Shown: one piece after another, positions 42,060-53,200 of the stretch | How the letters are laid out: the number at the start of each line of letters is the position of its first letter | Position numbering within the stretch: the first letter of the stretch is position 1 | Source: Octopus sinensis | Taxonomy: Eukaryota | Direction of reading: 5' to 3' | Assembly: GCF_006345805.1 (NCBI RefSeq) | Contig: NC_043004.1 | Location: 37,634,001-37,698,000, forward strand | DNA: 64,000 nucleotides | Made by a program: the position numbers and the translations under genes | Notes under the pieces: generated by a model | The model's input: the letters and a program-made list of their open reading frames with translations, nothing else | Database searches by the model: none | What the model was told of the DNA's origin: nothing

Positions 42060-44460
42060 CCGCAATGGGATAGACCGAAGTCTATCCATCTCTATAATTG
42101 GTCAATTATATTTGAACCAAGGGCAAAAGTTAAAACCATTTCAATGGATATGTAAATAAAAAAGAAAAAGAAAAAGAAGTAAATATAGGGTGCAATGGAG
42201 AAGACTATGATACAAGAGGTATGAGGCCGCTTATGGCCTTCTGCAACTTCTCGACTTAACATAAATAAGAATAAATAAATAGATAAATACAAACAAAATA
42301 CTATAAATAAGTCATACTACAATAATGTTGGATTTTACATCCTAAATAGCAAATAAAAATTCGAGTGGTGGTAATAATGAACAAACAAGTAAATGTGTAC
42401 GCATACCTAAGAAAATTCCACTTTATAGGTATAGTAGTAAAGATCTCCCATTCTAATGTGAAGCTAATATCACTATCTTTGAGTTCCCAAATATACTTAC
42501 TTAATCCAGTCGAGTTAATTCTGTTTCTATTTCTAAAAGAATGTTGATGTGTCTCTTGTCTACGTTTCATCTAATTTTGGGTAGTTCCTATGTAACTCAT
42601 TTTACATAACTATGTTGTGACAGTGCATTTGTAAATTACGTCCTTAATTCTAGAAGTATTTCCAAGGACATAATTCTCCCTATTCCTACAGTCACATAGA
42701 CTGTACTGTAGGGGGGGAATTGCTTTCTAGCGGGGTAGAGCTGAGTCTAATGAAATTGATAGGATCATTATGGTTCTGAGTGTATCCTTTACTAAGATTG
42801 GAATAGTGTTTATTGTTTTTATTCCTACTATTACCGCTATTGTTGCTTCTATTTAAGTAGAAAGTATCTAATTTTTTATTATTCAGGGAGGATATGATGG
42901 TGGCTAATTAATGCGTAAGACTATAACTTATCCTAATTATTCTACTATTTGTAAGTTTTGAATACCTATTATTCTTATCAAAGTGCTTATTTATACCGTT
43001 AAATATTTGTTTAGCTAAATTGGCCCTTATTTGCATCGCAAAAGGGTTAGGGTCTCCCGATTCACCTGTGGTCTCATCGGGTGACACATGTTTACATGTT
43101 AGGGTGTTTTATATGGTGTATACGTATAATACCATTACTTCTATTATCAATGCTCTACTCATTTATACAGCCATTAGTGGTGTTGTGACTAGGTTTGCAC
43201 CAGTAGTATATAGAGTTGCTACTACGTGTTTTTTACTGTAGTCTTCATGGTTAGTGTGTTTATTAGCATTATTTATCCTTCGTCCGTTTACCCTCGTTGT
43301 TCCACCCATTGCGTTTCTGTTATTTTTGTAGTTACACATATTATTGCTAATCTAATCATATTAGCGTCATTAGTTGTAGTTCCCTGTACTTTATTACATC
43401 GCTTAGGTATATGGCCATGTACTATACTGTTGCGGTTAATATAGTCGTTACTACTTCTATTCATTGCATGCTCGTGTGGGATATATTTGATTCTAACTTT
43501 ATAGCCTGCATCTATAAGTGCCTTATCATACTTATTCTTATGACTATTAAATAAGCCCTCGTTAAAGGAGAGGTAGGAAATCCTTTTGCCAATGCCTCTT
43601 ATTGGAGCTCTTTTTACCGATTGTGGATGGTTACTGTAATAGTTTATATACTTTAAGTTAGAGTTAGGTTTCATATAAGGTTGGTGTAAACCCGTATTTA
43701 AATCACAATTAACATCAAAGTAGTTGATAGAGTAGTTTTCATTTTCTATAGTAATAGAGAGGCCGAATCTTTTTAAAAATTTATACAGATGTTCAAAGCG
43801 TCTATTAGAGACACTTCTAAAGTGTGTCATCTCTATAGAGGTCTCCCCTAAAATTCAGGGAATTCCTTATTGATGTTGTCTAAAAGTTGAATTTCCACAA
43901 GGTCGGTTACTTCCGCAGAATCAGGAGATCCCATAGTTATATTAAAGAAATCATTGGTGTCCTTTCTAGCCCACAACTTCTTATCAAATTCGATAATGAA
44001 CTTACGGCCGTGAGGATTACGTTGTTTTTTTTTTCTACTGATCTTAGTGAAGTTCTTAGCAAAAATGAGCGGTTTTGAGGGCTTGCTCTGCTCTCATGTC
44101 AGTTCCGATTTCTCTGACATATATCTCGAACTTGGTTGTTATTGCTCCGAGTTCCCCTACAACTACTAGAATGACAAACACTCTCCTCATAGTCCACATT
44201 CTTGCAATTTCGTCTTTTAGTAGTCTGTACTTTTCAATCTTTTCTAGTTCTTTGTCCTATATGCATGCATCCCCAGGCATTGCAATATCTATAATCTTGT
44301 ACATTATTTACAATATTTACATTCGACGGATATTTTTCTTCATCTTGTTTCTTGTTAACACAACATTTCGGATGATATACATTCCAGCCTTCTTCAGGTG
44401 TCTTGGAAAAATTTCGAACCTGGGTTCTCATTCGTAACGTATTTTTCGATGTTGTTGTTG
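42060..44460 (-). mobile_element. Penelope-like element relic (RT plus GIY-YIG) with 5' pseudo-LTR
   Basis: ITMGSPDSAEVTDLV..DLYRDD and INYFDVN...YINYYSNHP (PLE RT). HQHSFRNRNRINSTGLSKYIWELK (GIY-YIG region). Hammerhead motif at the 5' end. Confidence 0.8.
44358..44401 (-). ncRNA. Minimal type I hammerhead ribozyme motif in Penelope pseudo-LTR
   Basis: ACAC-CTGAAGA-A-GGCTG gaatgtatat CATCC-GAAA-TG-T-T-GTGT: 4-bp stem I, stem II with one mismatch, GUU triplet. Confidence 0.65.
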
Positions 44461-44461
44461 C

Positions 44462-44539
<78 letters not shown>

Positions 44540-44559
<20 letters not shown>

Positions 44560-44828
44560 GTGAGTGAGAGAGCAGTGCATGCCATCAAAGTGACACTGGG
44601 GTAAAATATACGAAGCCTATTATACCCATCATGACTACCCGTGTGATAAGGGTACACTAGGCACATGCATCACAACCATATGTGCGCGACATGGTGATCT
44701 CATATCAAGATAAACAGCACATGACCTTGCAGGTGGGGTCCAGTTAGAATTTTCTTCTGGCCGACTAACCCGTCCCGCTCAAAAGGTCCCTGAATAAGGT
44801 TGTTTAAGAATGTTGAACGAAACACCTG
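44540..44828 (-). mobile_element. Family B retroposon segment
   Basis: (ATT)n-AGTGAGTGAGAGAGCAGTGCATGCCATCAAAGTGAC... is the reverse complement of 36798-37178. Confidence 0.82.
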
Positions 44829-44880
44829 GGTTCTCATTCCGAAGGTATTTTCGATGTTATTATCATTATTATTATTATCC

Positions 44881-47430
44881 ACGATCCGATCTTTGCTGGA
44901 CCACGACGGGCAAATGATAACTGATCCAAGACAGATGTGTGCGGCCTTTCAGCGGCGCTTCGCTCAACTGTTCGGGAGCAGCAGTGAGCCGGGTCGCAGG
45001 ATAGATTTCACGTCCTATCTTGACTGGTTGCCGCGGCTCTCGGCGACGGAGGCGGAGCGCTGCGAAAGGCCGATAGCAGCCTTTGAAATACGGGAAACAA
45101 TGGCCATCTGCACGAGGAGCAAATCACTTGGTTTGGATGGTCTGCCCTACGATCTTTACGTTTACATGCCAGACTTGTTCGACAACCTCTTAGCAAACGT
45201 TTACTGCAACTAGCAGCAGAATGAGAGAATTCCCAGTTTTGTGGGTTGAGGAGCGGTGGAGTTGCTGAGAAAAGACCTGAACAAGGGTGGGTTGTATTGA
45301 CAACTTTAGGCCTATAACTCTGATGAATGCAGAGTTCAAAATTTTGGCCAAGGTGTTAGCTACGAGGTTGGCGCTTGTCGTCGGGGATCTGGTAGGGGAG
45401 GCACAGACATGTGCCATCCCGAAAAGATCCATCCACGACAACCTCCACCTCATGCGATACATCATTGAGAAAGTAGCTAAAGAAATTGGCACCAGTGGGG
45501 CCCTGATCAATTTAGATGAGTCTAAAGCTTTCGGTAGGGTCGACCATCTATACCTGGCGGCCCTCCAGACACTTGGTTTCGGGTCTGTATTTAGGGGCTG
45601 GATCGCTGCAATGCACAGCGACATCTGTTCAGTGGTCAGAGTGAACGGTCACCTCTCAGAGCCGTTTAACATAATGCGATCGGGTCGGCAAGGTTGCCCC
45701 CTATCGTCTCTCTTGTATGTACTGAGTTCGAGTCACTAATACCCAAACTGGAGGCGTTGAGAGACATCCCGCGTGACCAAGGATGTGAGAGATGCATGTC
45801 AGAATATACTGATGACGTCACCTTAGTGGTATCGAATCATAAAAACATAGAAATGACCGGCAACACACTCAGGGACTACTAGGCGGTTTCAGGAGCGATG
45901 ATTAACCAGGAAAAATCAGTGGGCTTGCGGCTCGGCAACTGGAGAAACAAGTCCATGCCGTCCAACTGCGTCATTGGGCGCTGGACGGGCGAACCGTTTA
46001 AATTGTCCTAAGTCTGGTTCGGCCCGAATCTCCAGATGGACAAAACCTGGGACGAGATAATGAGCAGGGTGACTAATCTGATTCAGAAATGGGCCGAGAG
46101 AAAGCTATCCCCGAAAGGTCGGCAGAGGTGGCTGACCCGTATATCGCGTCTGTCATCTACTATTGCTTGACCGTCATGCCTTGTCCCGGTCACCTTCTGA
46201 TTACGTCGAACATCAGCCGCTCTTTTCTGGAGAACTTTTTGGCCCGGGACCGATGGATAATTTCCAAACATTTCTGGTCTGGTAGTGCTACCGAGAGCCT
46301 TGCCTGTTCAATATAAACTTTACAGGCACAGAAGAGCCGTCAGCCGAGCATGTTCGAGATGCGCTCAAGACGACGAGACGGTCCTGCTTGTATTCGTCCA
46401 GTTCCCGAGCATTGCTGACCTGTGGGTTTATACCGAACACCCACTGGCGTTTGTGGGACGGATCCGGCTGTCAACTAAATCCATCGTGAAGATCGCTTCT
46501 CCGCCTTCCTTTAACTGGGAAGAAAGGCTGTGTTTATATGCTTGGTGGCCAGGGCCGGATTAAGATCCATCGAAGCCCTATGCACGTAAAAGATTTTGGT
46601 ATCCCCATAGAAGATTACGTAATTTCAAAACGAAACAAAACAGTAAGAGGGAAAATGATGTTTATTTTTATATACTTCCACTTTATATTTGAAAAGTTTC
46701 TTCTTACCTTTTTGAATTGCAAAGTCTTTGATCAGATCCTCAAAATTAACTTTAGGTAACACATTTGCATTTATGCTTAGTAGAGGTAAAGACATCCTGA
46801 ATATTATTTTAGTTAGTTTAAAGTGATTTCTTTTGTGCCGTAAACCATTTACCATTTCTCTGATGCTCCCTACTTCCCTTGATGCCCTAGGCACGTGCTT
46901 ATTTTGCTTAATGGTTAATCCAGCGCTGCAGTAAGAGGGAAAATGATGTGCTTATTTTGCTTAATGGTTAATCCAGCGCTGCTGGTGGCCATGGCGAAAG
47001 AGGTTGTATGGTGGACGAAACTGAAGGGGCTGATGAGAAACATTTTTCTCTTTGGCCAACCCCTGATCAACTTCAAGTTTCACTTGAAAAGGAAAATAAG
47101 AGTAGAGAGGGAAGTTTTGTCTTCGAGCCACTTTTCTCAAAGGTGGGTGGAAGTGGCAAGAATGGTGCTAGTGAACGGACCTGCCCTGAGCATACGCCTG
47201 TAGTTGGAAAAAGGGAAAGAAAAAGAAGCGCCTGGCACTTAGAATGTCGTCAGGCGCTCACTGTCCTCTACAAATCGGACAACAGGATAGGTGGATGTTC
47301 CACTTGAGATATTTACAGAGGATTAGTAGCGGGAAAGTACGACGACGTCCTCGGGAAGACCCTAGGCGTCGACGAAGACGAATTGGCAAGTCTATTCCGG
47401 AGGACTTTCCAGTCGTCGGGGACTGTTATG
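44881..47430 (+). mobile_element. Tx1/L1-clade LINE, 5'-truncated, decayed
   Basis: KSLGLDGLP, NFRPITLMNAEFKILAKVLA, LINLDESKAFGRVDH, GRQGCPLS, YTDD and a CCHC-like ACSRCAQDDETV segment. Confidence 0.87.
46550..46981. mobile_element. hAT-type MITE with duplicated 3' terminus
   Basis: TIRs CAGGGCCGGATTA / TAATCCAGCGCTG. 8-bp TSD TTGGTGGC / CTGGTGGC (7 of 8 match). Confidence 0.85.
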
Positions 47431-47439
47431 GATAATTTC

Positions 47440-48825
47440 CAGATGTCTTTGGCATGGATGTGCTGTCAGGCGGGCTTGTCCGAGGTGCTCGCAGAGCTAC
47501 AAAACCGATCTGCATGCATTCGTTCAGTGTCCGGGCAGCGAAACATTTTTCCTACGAGAGTACCGGACCCCAGTAACGAACTCATTTGCATACAGCCAAT
47601 CAGAGCTCACCTTGAAAATCCACATACTGTGTACTACGGTACAGCCAGTCAGGTACAGAATGCCACTCTGTGAGTGCAGCATAGCAGGTCTCACATAAGC
47701 AACACATCCCCCACCATCCTCATAGATCTCTATATGGAGCTAACATCAGATACCTATGCTCAGACTGAGACGAATACTGCATGTACTCATTGATGTATGC
47801 AAGGCGGGCGCAATACGACACAACGCCATATGTTTCCTGATCAACACCAACATTTAAAATTAAGAATGTACAAAATTAGTCAAAATATTAGGAAACTACA
47901 CTCCTTTACATTTTCTAGTAAATTACGGAAATTGGCAATACTTATGGCATCATCGGTGAGCAGCTCTCCATTCACTTTAAACACTAGATTTCACATTCAT
48001 CACCCCTATTAACCCGTTTAGAGCAGTTGGATTTTGCTATAACGCATATTTTCCACTGAATTCAACCAGAGTATTTTCGTGACTAGGTGGACATTAGTTT
48101 GATAGTTGAGCTCTGATTGGCTGTAAGCAAATGAGTTCATAACTGGGGTCCGGAACTCTCGTGGGAAAAGAATTTCGCGTCCGGGCATTGCTGACTTGTG
48201 GAGTTATGTTGAACAGCTGCTGTTGTGTGTAGGACAGATCCGTCTGTCGTCCGAGTCCATAATGATGATTACCCTGCCGCCCTCCTTTAATAGGGCTGGC
48301 GAGGTAGTTTTCCTTTGTCTGGTGGCTGTGGCGAAAAAGGTTATCTGGTGAACGAGGCTGAAAAGAATGAAGACAGAAACTTTCTTCTTTGGTAAAGCCC
48401 TCATCGACTTTTCCAAGTTTCACTTGAAAAGGAAAGTGGGGGTTGAGAGGGAGGTGCTATCCTCGAGTGAATTTATCAAAAGGTGGGTGAAAGTTGCAAA
48501 AATAGCAAGAGTGGATGGTACCACTCTCAGTGTAGACCTATGAGTCGGAAGAAAGAAGTCGAAGGGGGCTCTCGTCCTTGGTACTCAGGATGATCTTGGT
48601 GGGGTTTCTTGAATCAGGGCCTCCTGAATCAGGGGGAACCCATCGCGATCCTTTTTCCCCCTCTTTTTCTAGTGTCATATACTATGTATAATTCCTTTCT
48701 TCTAATGTATACCGTGTATAATTTTATTTTATCATTTCACTATATGTAAAACCCCAACACTTTGTCTGTCTTTGTATTGTCTCCTCATCCTTCGCCCTGG
48801 TGGCACAAAAGGAGAAATCATCAGC
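47440..48825 (+). mobile_element. Second Tx1 3' fragment (interrupted by a MITE)
   Basis: Paralogous to 46330-46540 plus 46982-47200 once 47538-48178 is removed. Ends in a U-rich 3' UTR. Confidence 0.7.
47538..48178. mobile_element. Mutator-like MITE (641 bp)
   Basis: About 70-bp TIRs beginning GCGAAA / ending TTTCGC. Perfect 9-bp TSD GTCCGGGCA (47529-47537, 48179-48187). Confidence 0.88.
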
Positions 48826-48834
48826 ATCATCATT

Positions 48835-49390
48835 ATTGAGTGAGAGAGCAGTGCATGCTATCAAAGTGACACTGGGGTAAAATATACGAAGCCTTGTATA
48901 CCCATCATGAATACCCGTCTGATAAGAGTACACCAGGCACATGTATCACAACCATATGTGCGTGACGTGGTGATCTGGTATCAATATTAACAGCGCACGA
49001 CCTTGCAGGTGGAGGTCCAGCTAGAATTTTCTTCGGGTTGAGTAGCATATCCCGCTCAAAAGGTCCCTGAATAAGGGTTGTTTAAGGATGTTGAACAAAA
49101 CACCCGTGTTTCCAGAGGTGAATTATCCAAACCCCAGAGAATTCCTTTCGACACAAGACTATGATGCTTCCCCACTACTTCTGCTCAGGATCAGAGATGC
49201 ACATACCGTCAGCCACTAAGAGACATGCTCAACTGGTTAAGGTCAAACAACTGACAAGCAAATCTGTGGTATTGAGCAGAATATTTGTTGTAGACCATCT
49301 TTTACACCAAGACAAAACAATGCACACGATAACACTTCCAGTCATTTAAGATCAGAAGCCACGAAAGCCAGTGTCTGGTACAGATTATTG
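48835..49390 (-). mobile_element. Family B retroposon, longest copy
   Basis: Same 3' sequence, extending about 270 bp further 5'. No ORF. Confidence 0.78.
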
Positions 49391-49396
49391 TTATTA

Positions 49397-49966
49397 AGGT
49401 GGCGAGCTGGCAGAAACGTTAGCGCGCCGGGCGAAATGCTTAGCTGTATTTCGTCTGCCGCTACGTTCTGAGTTCAAATTCCACCGAGGTCGACTTTGCC
49501 TTTCATCCTTTCGGGGTCGATTAAATAAGTACCAGTTACGCACTGGGGTCAATATAATCGACTTAATCCGTTTGTCCTCTCTGTTTAGCTCCTTGTGGGT
49601 AGTAAAGAAATAGGTATTTCGTCTACCGTTACGTTCTGAGTTCAAATTCCGCCGAGGTCGACTTTGCCTTTCATCCTTTCGGGGTCGATTAAATAAGTAC
49701 CAGTTACACACTGGGGTCAATATAATCGACTTAATCCGTTTGTCTGTCCTTGTTTGCCCTCTCTGTGTTTAGCCCCTTGTGGGTAGTAAAGAAATAGGTA
49801 TTTCGTCTGTCTTTATGTTCTGAGTTCAAATTCCGCCGAGGTCGACTTTGCCTTTCATCCTTTCGGGGTCGATAAATTAAATACCAGTTGCGTACTGAGT
49901 CGATCTAATCGACTGACCCCTCCCCAAATATTTCGGGCCTTGTGTGCCTAGAGTAAAAAAGAATAT
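49397..49966 (+). mobile_element. SINE family A tandem trimer
   Basis: One full unit (49397-49612), then two headless units (49613-49796, 49797-49966), each starting GGTATTTCGTC. Confidence 0.9.
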
Positions 49967-49967
49967 T

Positions 49968-50021
49968 GTTGTTACTGTTATTATTATTATTATTATTATT
50001 ATATTATTATTATTATTATCA

Positions 50022-50078
<57 letters not shown>
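49968..50078. repeat. (ATT)n microsatellite upstream of CSTF2
   Basis: Direct reading. Ends about 135 bp before the ATG. Confidence 0.92.
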
Positions 50079-50080
<2 letters not shown>

Positions 50081-50212
50081 TTAAAACTATCCTTATAAAT
50101 CTAAAATGCGTATTTGCAAAATACTTTCCTACATATTTTTAAAGATAGAATTGATAACTGAATTGACGTGAAAAATGATACGAAACTACCATTGCTTCTC
50201 TTCATTTCAACA

Positions 50213-50282
50213 ATGGCGACGCTATTACAACAGCCTAATCCTCCTCTCACGGCTGCAGAAAGAGCTGCACGATCAGTATTTG
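50213..50282 (+). CDS. CSTF2: CSTF2 exon 1
   Basis: [23 protein letters not shown], with GTAATA donor (phase 1). Confidence 0.88.
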
Positions 50283-53200
50283 GTAATATTTTTTATTTGC
50301 TTCAATTATGTATGCTGGTGCTTGAGATTTTCTTTTTTCCAGATATTTTGGTTGTGGAAGCATTCCCACTTTTATAATCATCTCAGTTTCCCTTATTCGC
50401 CTTCGGATACCTGTTCCTTTATCTCTTCCCATATTATTTCTTTAGCATTAATTGTCCTTTTTCTAATTATTGGATCCCAGTTTCACACATATTTTCTCTT
50501 TATTTATTTTTCTAGTTTTCCCTATCTTCAAAATGCTGTCTTGGCTTTTTTTTTTTGCAAACCAGGGGATGATCACGGTCTAGATTAACATGATATAATT
50601 TTTGGTTTCTAATTTTTATTTTATATCACATTTGGGAAAGGGAGTCCTTTATTTTAAAATAAAACTGTCTTGAAGAAATATAATATTCAGCCGAACAGAA
50701 TTTCATACTCTTCAGTTCAAATTTTTTTTTTAAAGTAGCCAAAAAAAAAGTGTTGCGACTAAATTACTCACACACGCACAGTGCAATCCGCGTTACTGAA
50801 GTAATACGTTTTTGAAAATATTGTCTTAACGGGAAGTATCGTAATACGAAAGTAATTTTCCCCATTTACTATCATGTTTTAAAGCAGTGTTCCGCCACCG
50901 GTAAGCCGCTGGACATTAACGTTAGACAATTCTTCTAACCACTTGAGGTTTTTTCAAAACATGTAGTTGTAACATAGTCTTTATGCTGATGATGAAAATC
51001 GCATTCATTTTTTTCGTTTCTAAAAATTAAAAATGAAAAATTACGGAGATGTACTTGCATAGCAAGTGATTTGATCTGAGATCGTGTGCTGAAACGAAAA
51101 CAATTGCAGCGTGGAAGGTGTTTGTAAGCTATTTAAGAAACACACAAAAGCCGTTCGATTCACTTCAACATTTAAGTTTAATTTGTCAAAATATTTTCGT
51201 CGCTTTAAGACCGCGACCTGTTCACTGACAAAAATCCGTGCTGCATCTCTGAAAAATGAAAACAATTCAAGCACTTAAAATTATGTAACTTTACCCGATC
51301 GAATCTTCGATTACCAAACATACCGAAAGCTCTGACTGTTTGTCCTTATGAGTACAGCACACGAAACCTTGACGTCGTCTTCCGATCTGCTAGAAATAGT
51401 AATAAAATCTTCCTTAAACTACATCACTACATTTAAAAAAAGTAAAAAAAGTTGGACGACACATTGTACCAATGTAAATTGACAATCAATCGGTTTGGGT
51501 CTCGAGAAAGTTTAACTATATGTTCGGCAACTTCCGTAAAACATTTTTATTTCTTTACTTAGTTTTTCAGCTTACACACAGACCTCTACATACATACCAT
51601 GCAGGCATGCATACATATACAAATATACATACATGCGCATAAACACATACAAACAAAAATGCATAAACATAAGCGATTCGTAAAAACATAAAACATATAT
51701 ATTCATGTTTGTACTATATTAAAAGCCGCTCTAAGAAAAAGGAAAAAAAAACGCGGATTTTTTGCATGGAATCAAGTACCTTGACCTCCTAATGTACCGC
51801 AAACCGTTTAATTTTTCTTTGGAATATAGGGTGGATAGGAAACCTTCCTCTCCTCCCATCCTGGAATCATTGGAAATTTATTTTTTGTTGTTGAATGAAT
51901 TACGGTGACTTCTTAATATGCCACAAAACACTGGAACTGTTTGGGTATCTCACCCCCATTAAAAATGAGAAATATCGATACTGTTGGTTATCTCCCTCAA
52001 CTAAAATTGTTTAATCTATATCTATAAAACTCAAAATGACTGTATGTGTATGCTTTTTTTCATCTGATTTCGATTAAGTTTTTTATTAAATGGCTAATTT
52101 ACCCAGGCATGTCACTGCTGCATTACCGATGCCTAGAGATACTCCCTTCTAAGAGAAAAATAGATAAAACTGAAGGGATCCCCCCACTTTTTGCAAAGAA
52201 AAAGGCAAAAGTTGCACGCGAGAAGGGTTTTTACTGGGACGTCCGATATTTATAATTTTGGTGTCAAAAGGACCATCATGTTGCGACATTTCAGTCAAAT
52301 ATTTTGGCACTGCCTTGGGGCCTCTGATTTCCAAGAAAATTGCGAAAAACTTTGAAAAAAATCAATTTTTCGCATTTTGCAAAGTTACACAGTAGTTCTA
52401 TCAAGTATCTGTTCTATGTCCAAAGGCATCCCTGTGCAACAAAGAACTGTAGAAAACTGTGAAAAAACTGATTTTTTTTCAATTTTTGCATCTTGAGAAC
52501 AGCCAGAGAGTCTACTTCTCCAGCTCTAATACTGTTCAGTTGGCACAAGAACCCAAAGACACCATGTTCACCACCTTCTTCAAACTATACCCCAATGACC
52601 CCTTCGCCAAGACCCTTCTGTATCCCCAGGTTCCATCATATTACATTTGGAAAAAGAAAACATGCATTTGGGAAACAAGGACAACCCGTCGAGGGACAGC
52701 CAGACTTAAAATCTTCCCCCACCCTTGGAAGAGTTTACACTGTTCGCCCTAACCAACAGAGTGGTTTTACTTTTGCCTACTGCTGCATGAGTTCATGGGA
52801 CTGACATCTTTTGACGACCTGAAAAGCTTCAACGATGAAGTTTTTGCTACATACCACAAAGCCTGCCTTAAACGCAGCCTACTAGAAGATGGCACTCACT
52901 AGTATGCAACAATGGCAGAAGCAGCTACAATACGCTTGGTGAGAAGTCTTCAAAAGCTCTTTGCAGTGCTACTGCAAACATGCAAACTCATTGATCCTGT
53001 AACCTTATGGGAGAAATGCAAGGAAGATCTTTTAGAGGACTACCAACAAGGACAACTTCTGTTACCTCACTTGAACGTCGGTTTCAATGATGAATTCTTC
53101 AACAGAGCAGTCATCGACATTGAAGACAGCCTACTTACTGCTGGCTGTAATGACCTTTCATTTTATGGCCTACCGAAAGTTAGTAGAACAGGCTCACACA

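Noticed and set aside
48790-48830. CTGATGA...GCGAAG on minus as a fourth hammerhead
   Set aside because: There is no convincing stem II and no GAAA box. It is better explained as the Tx1 3' end plus (CAT)n.
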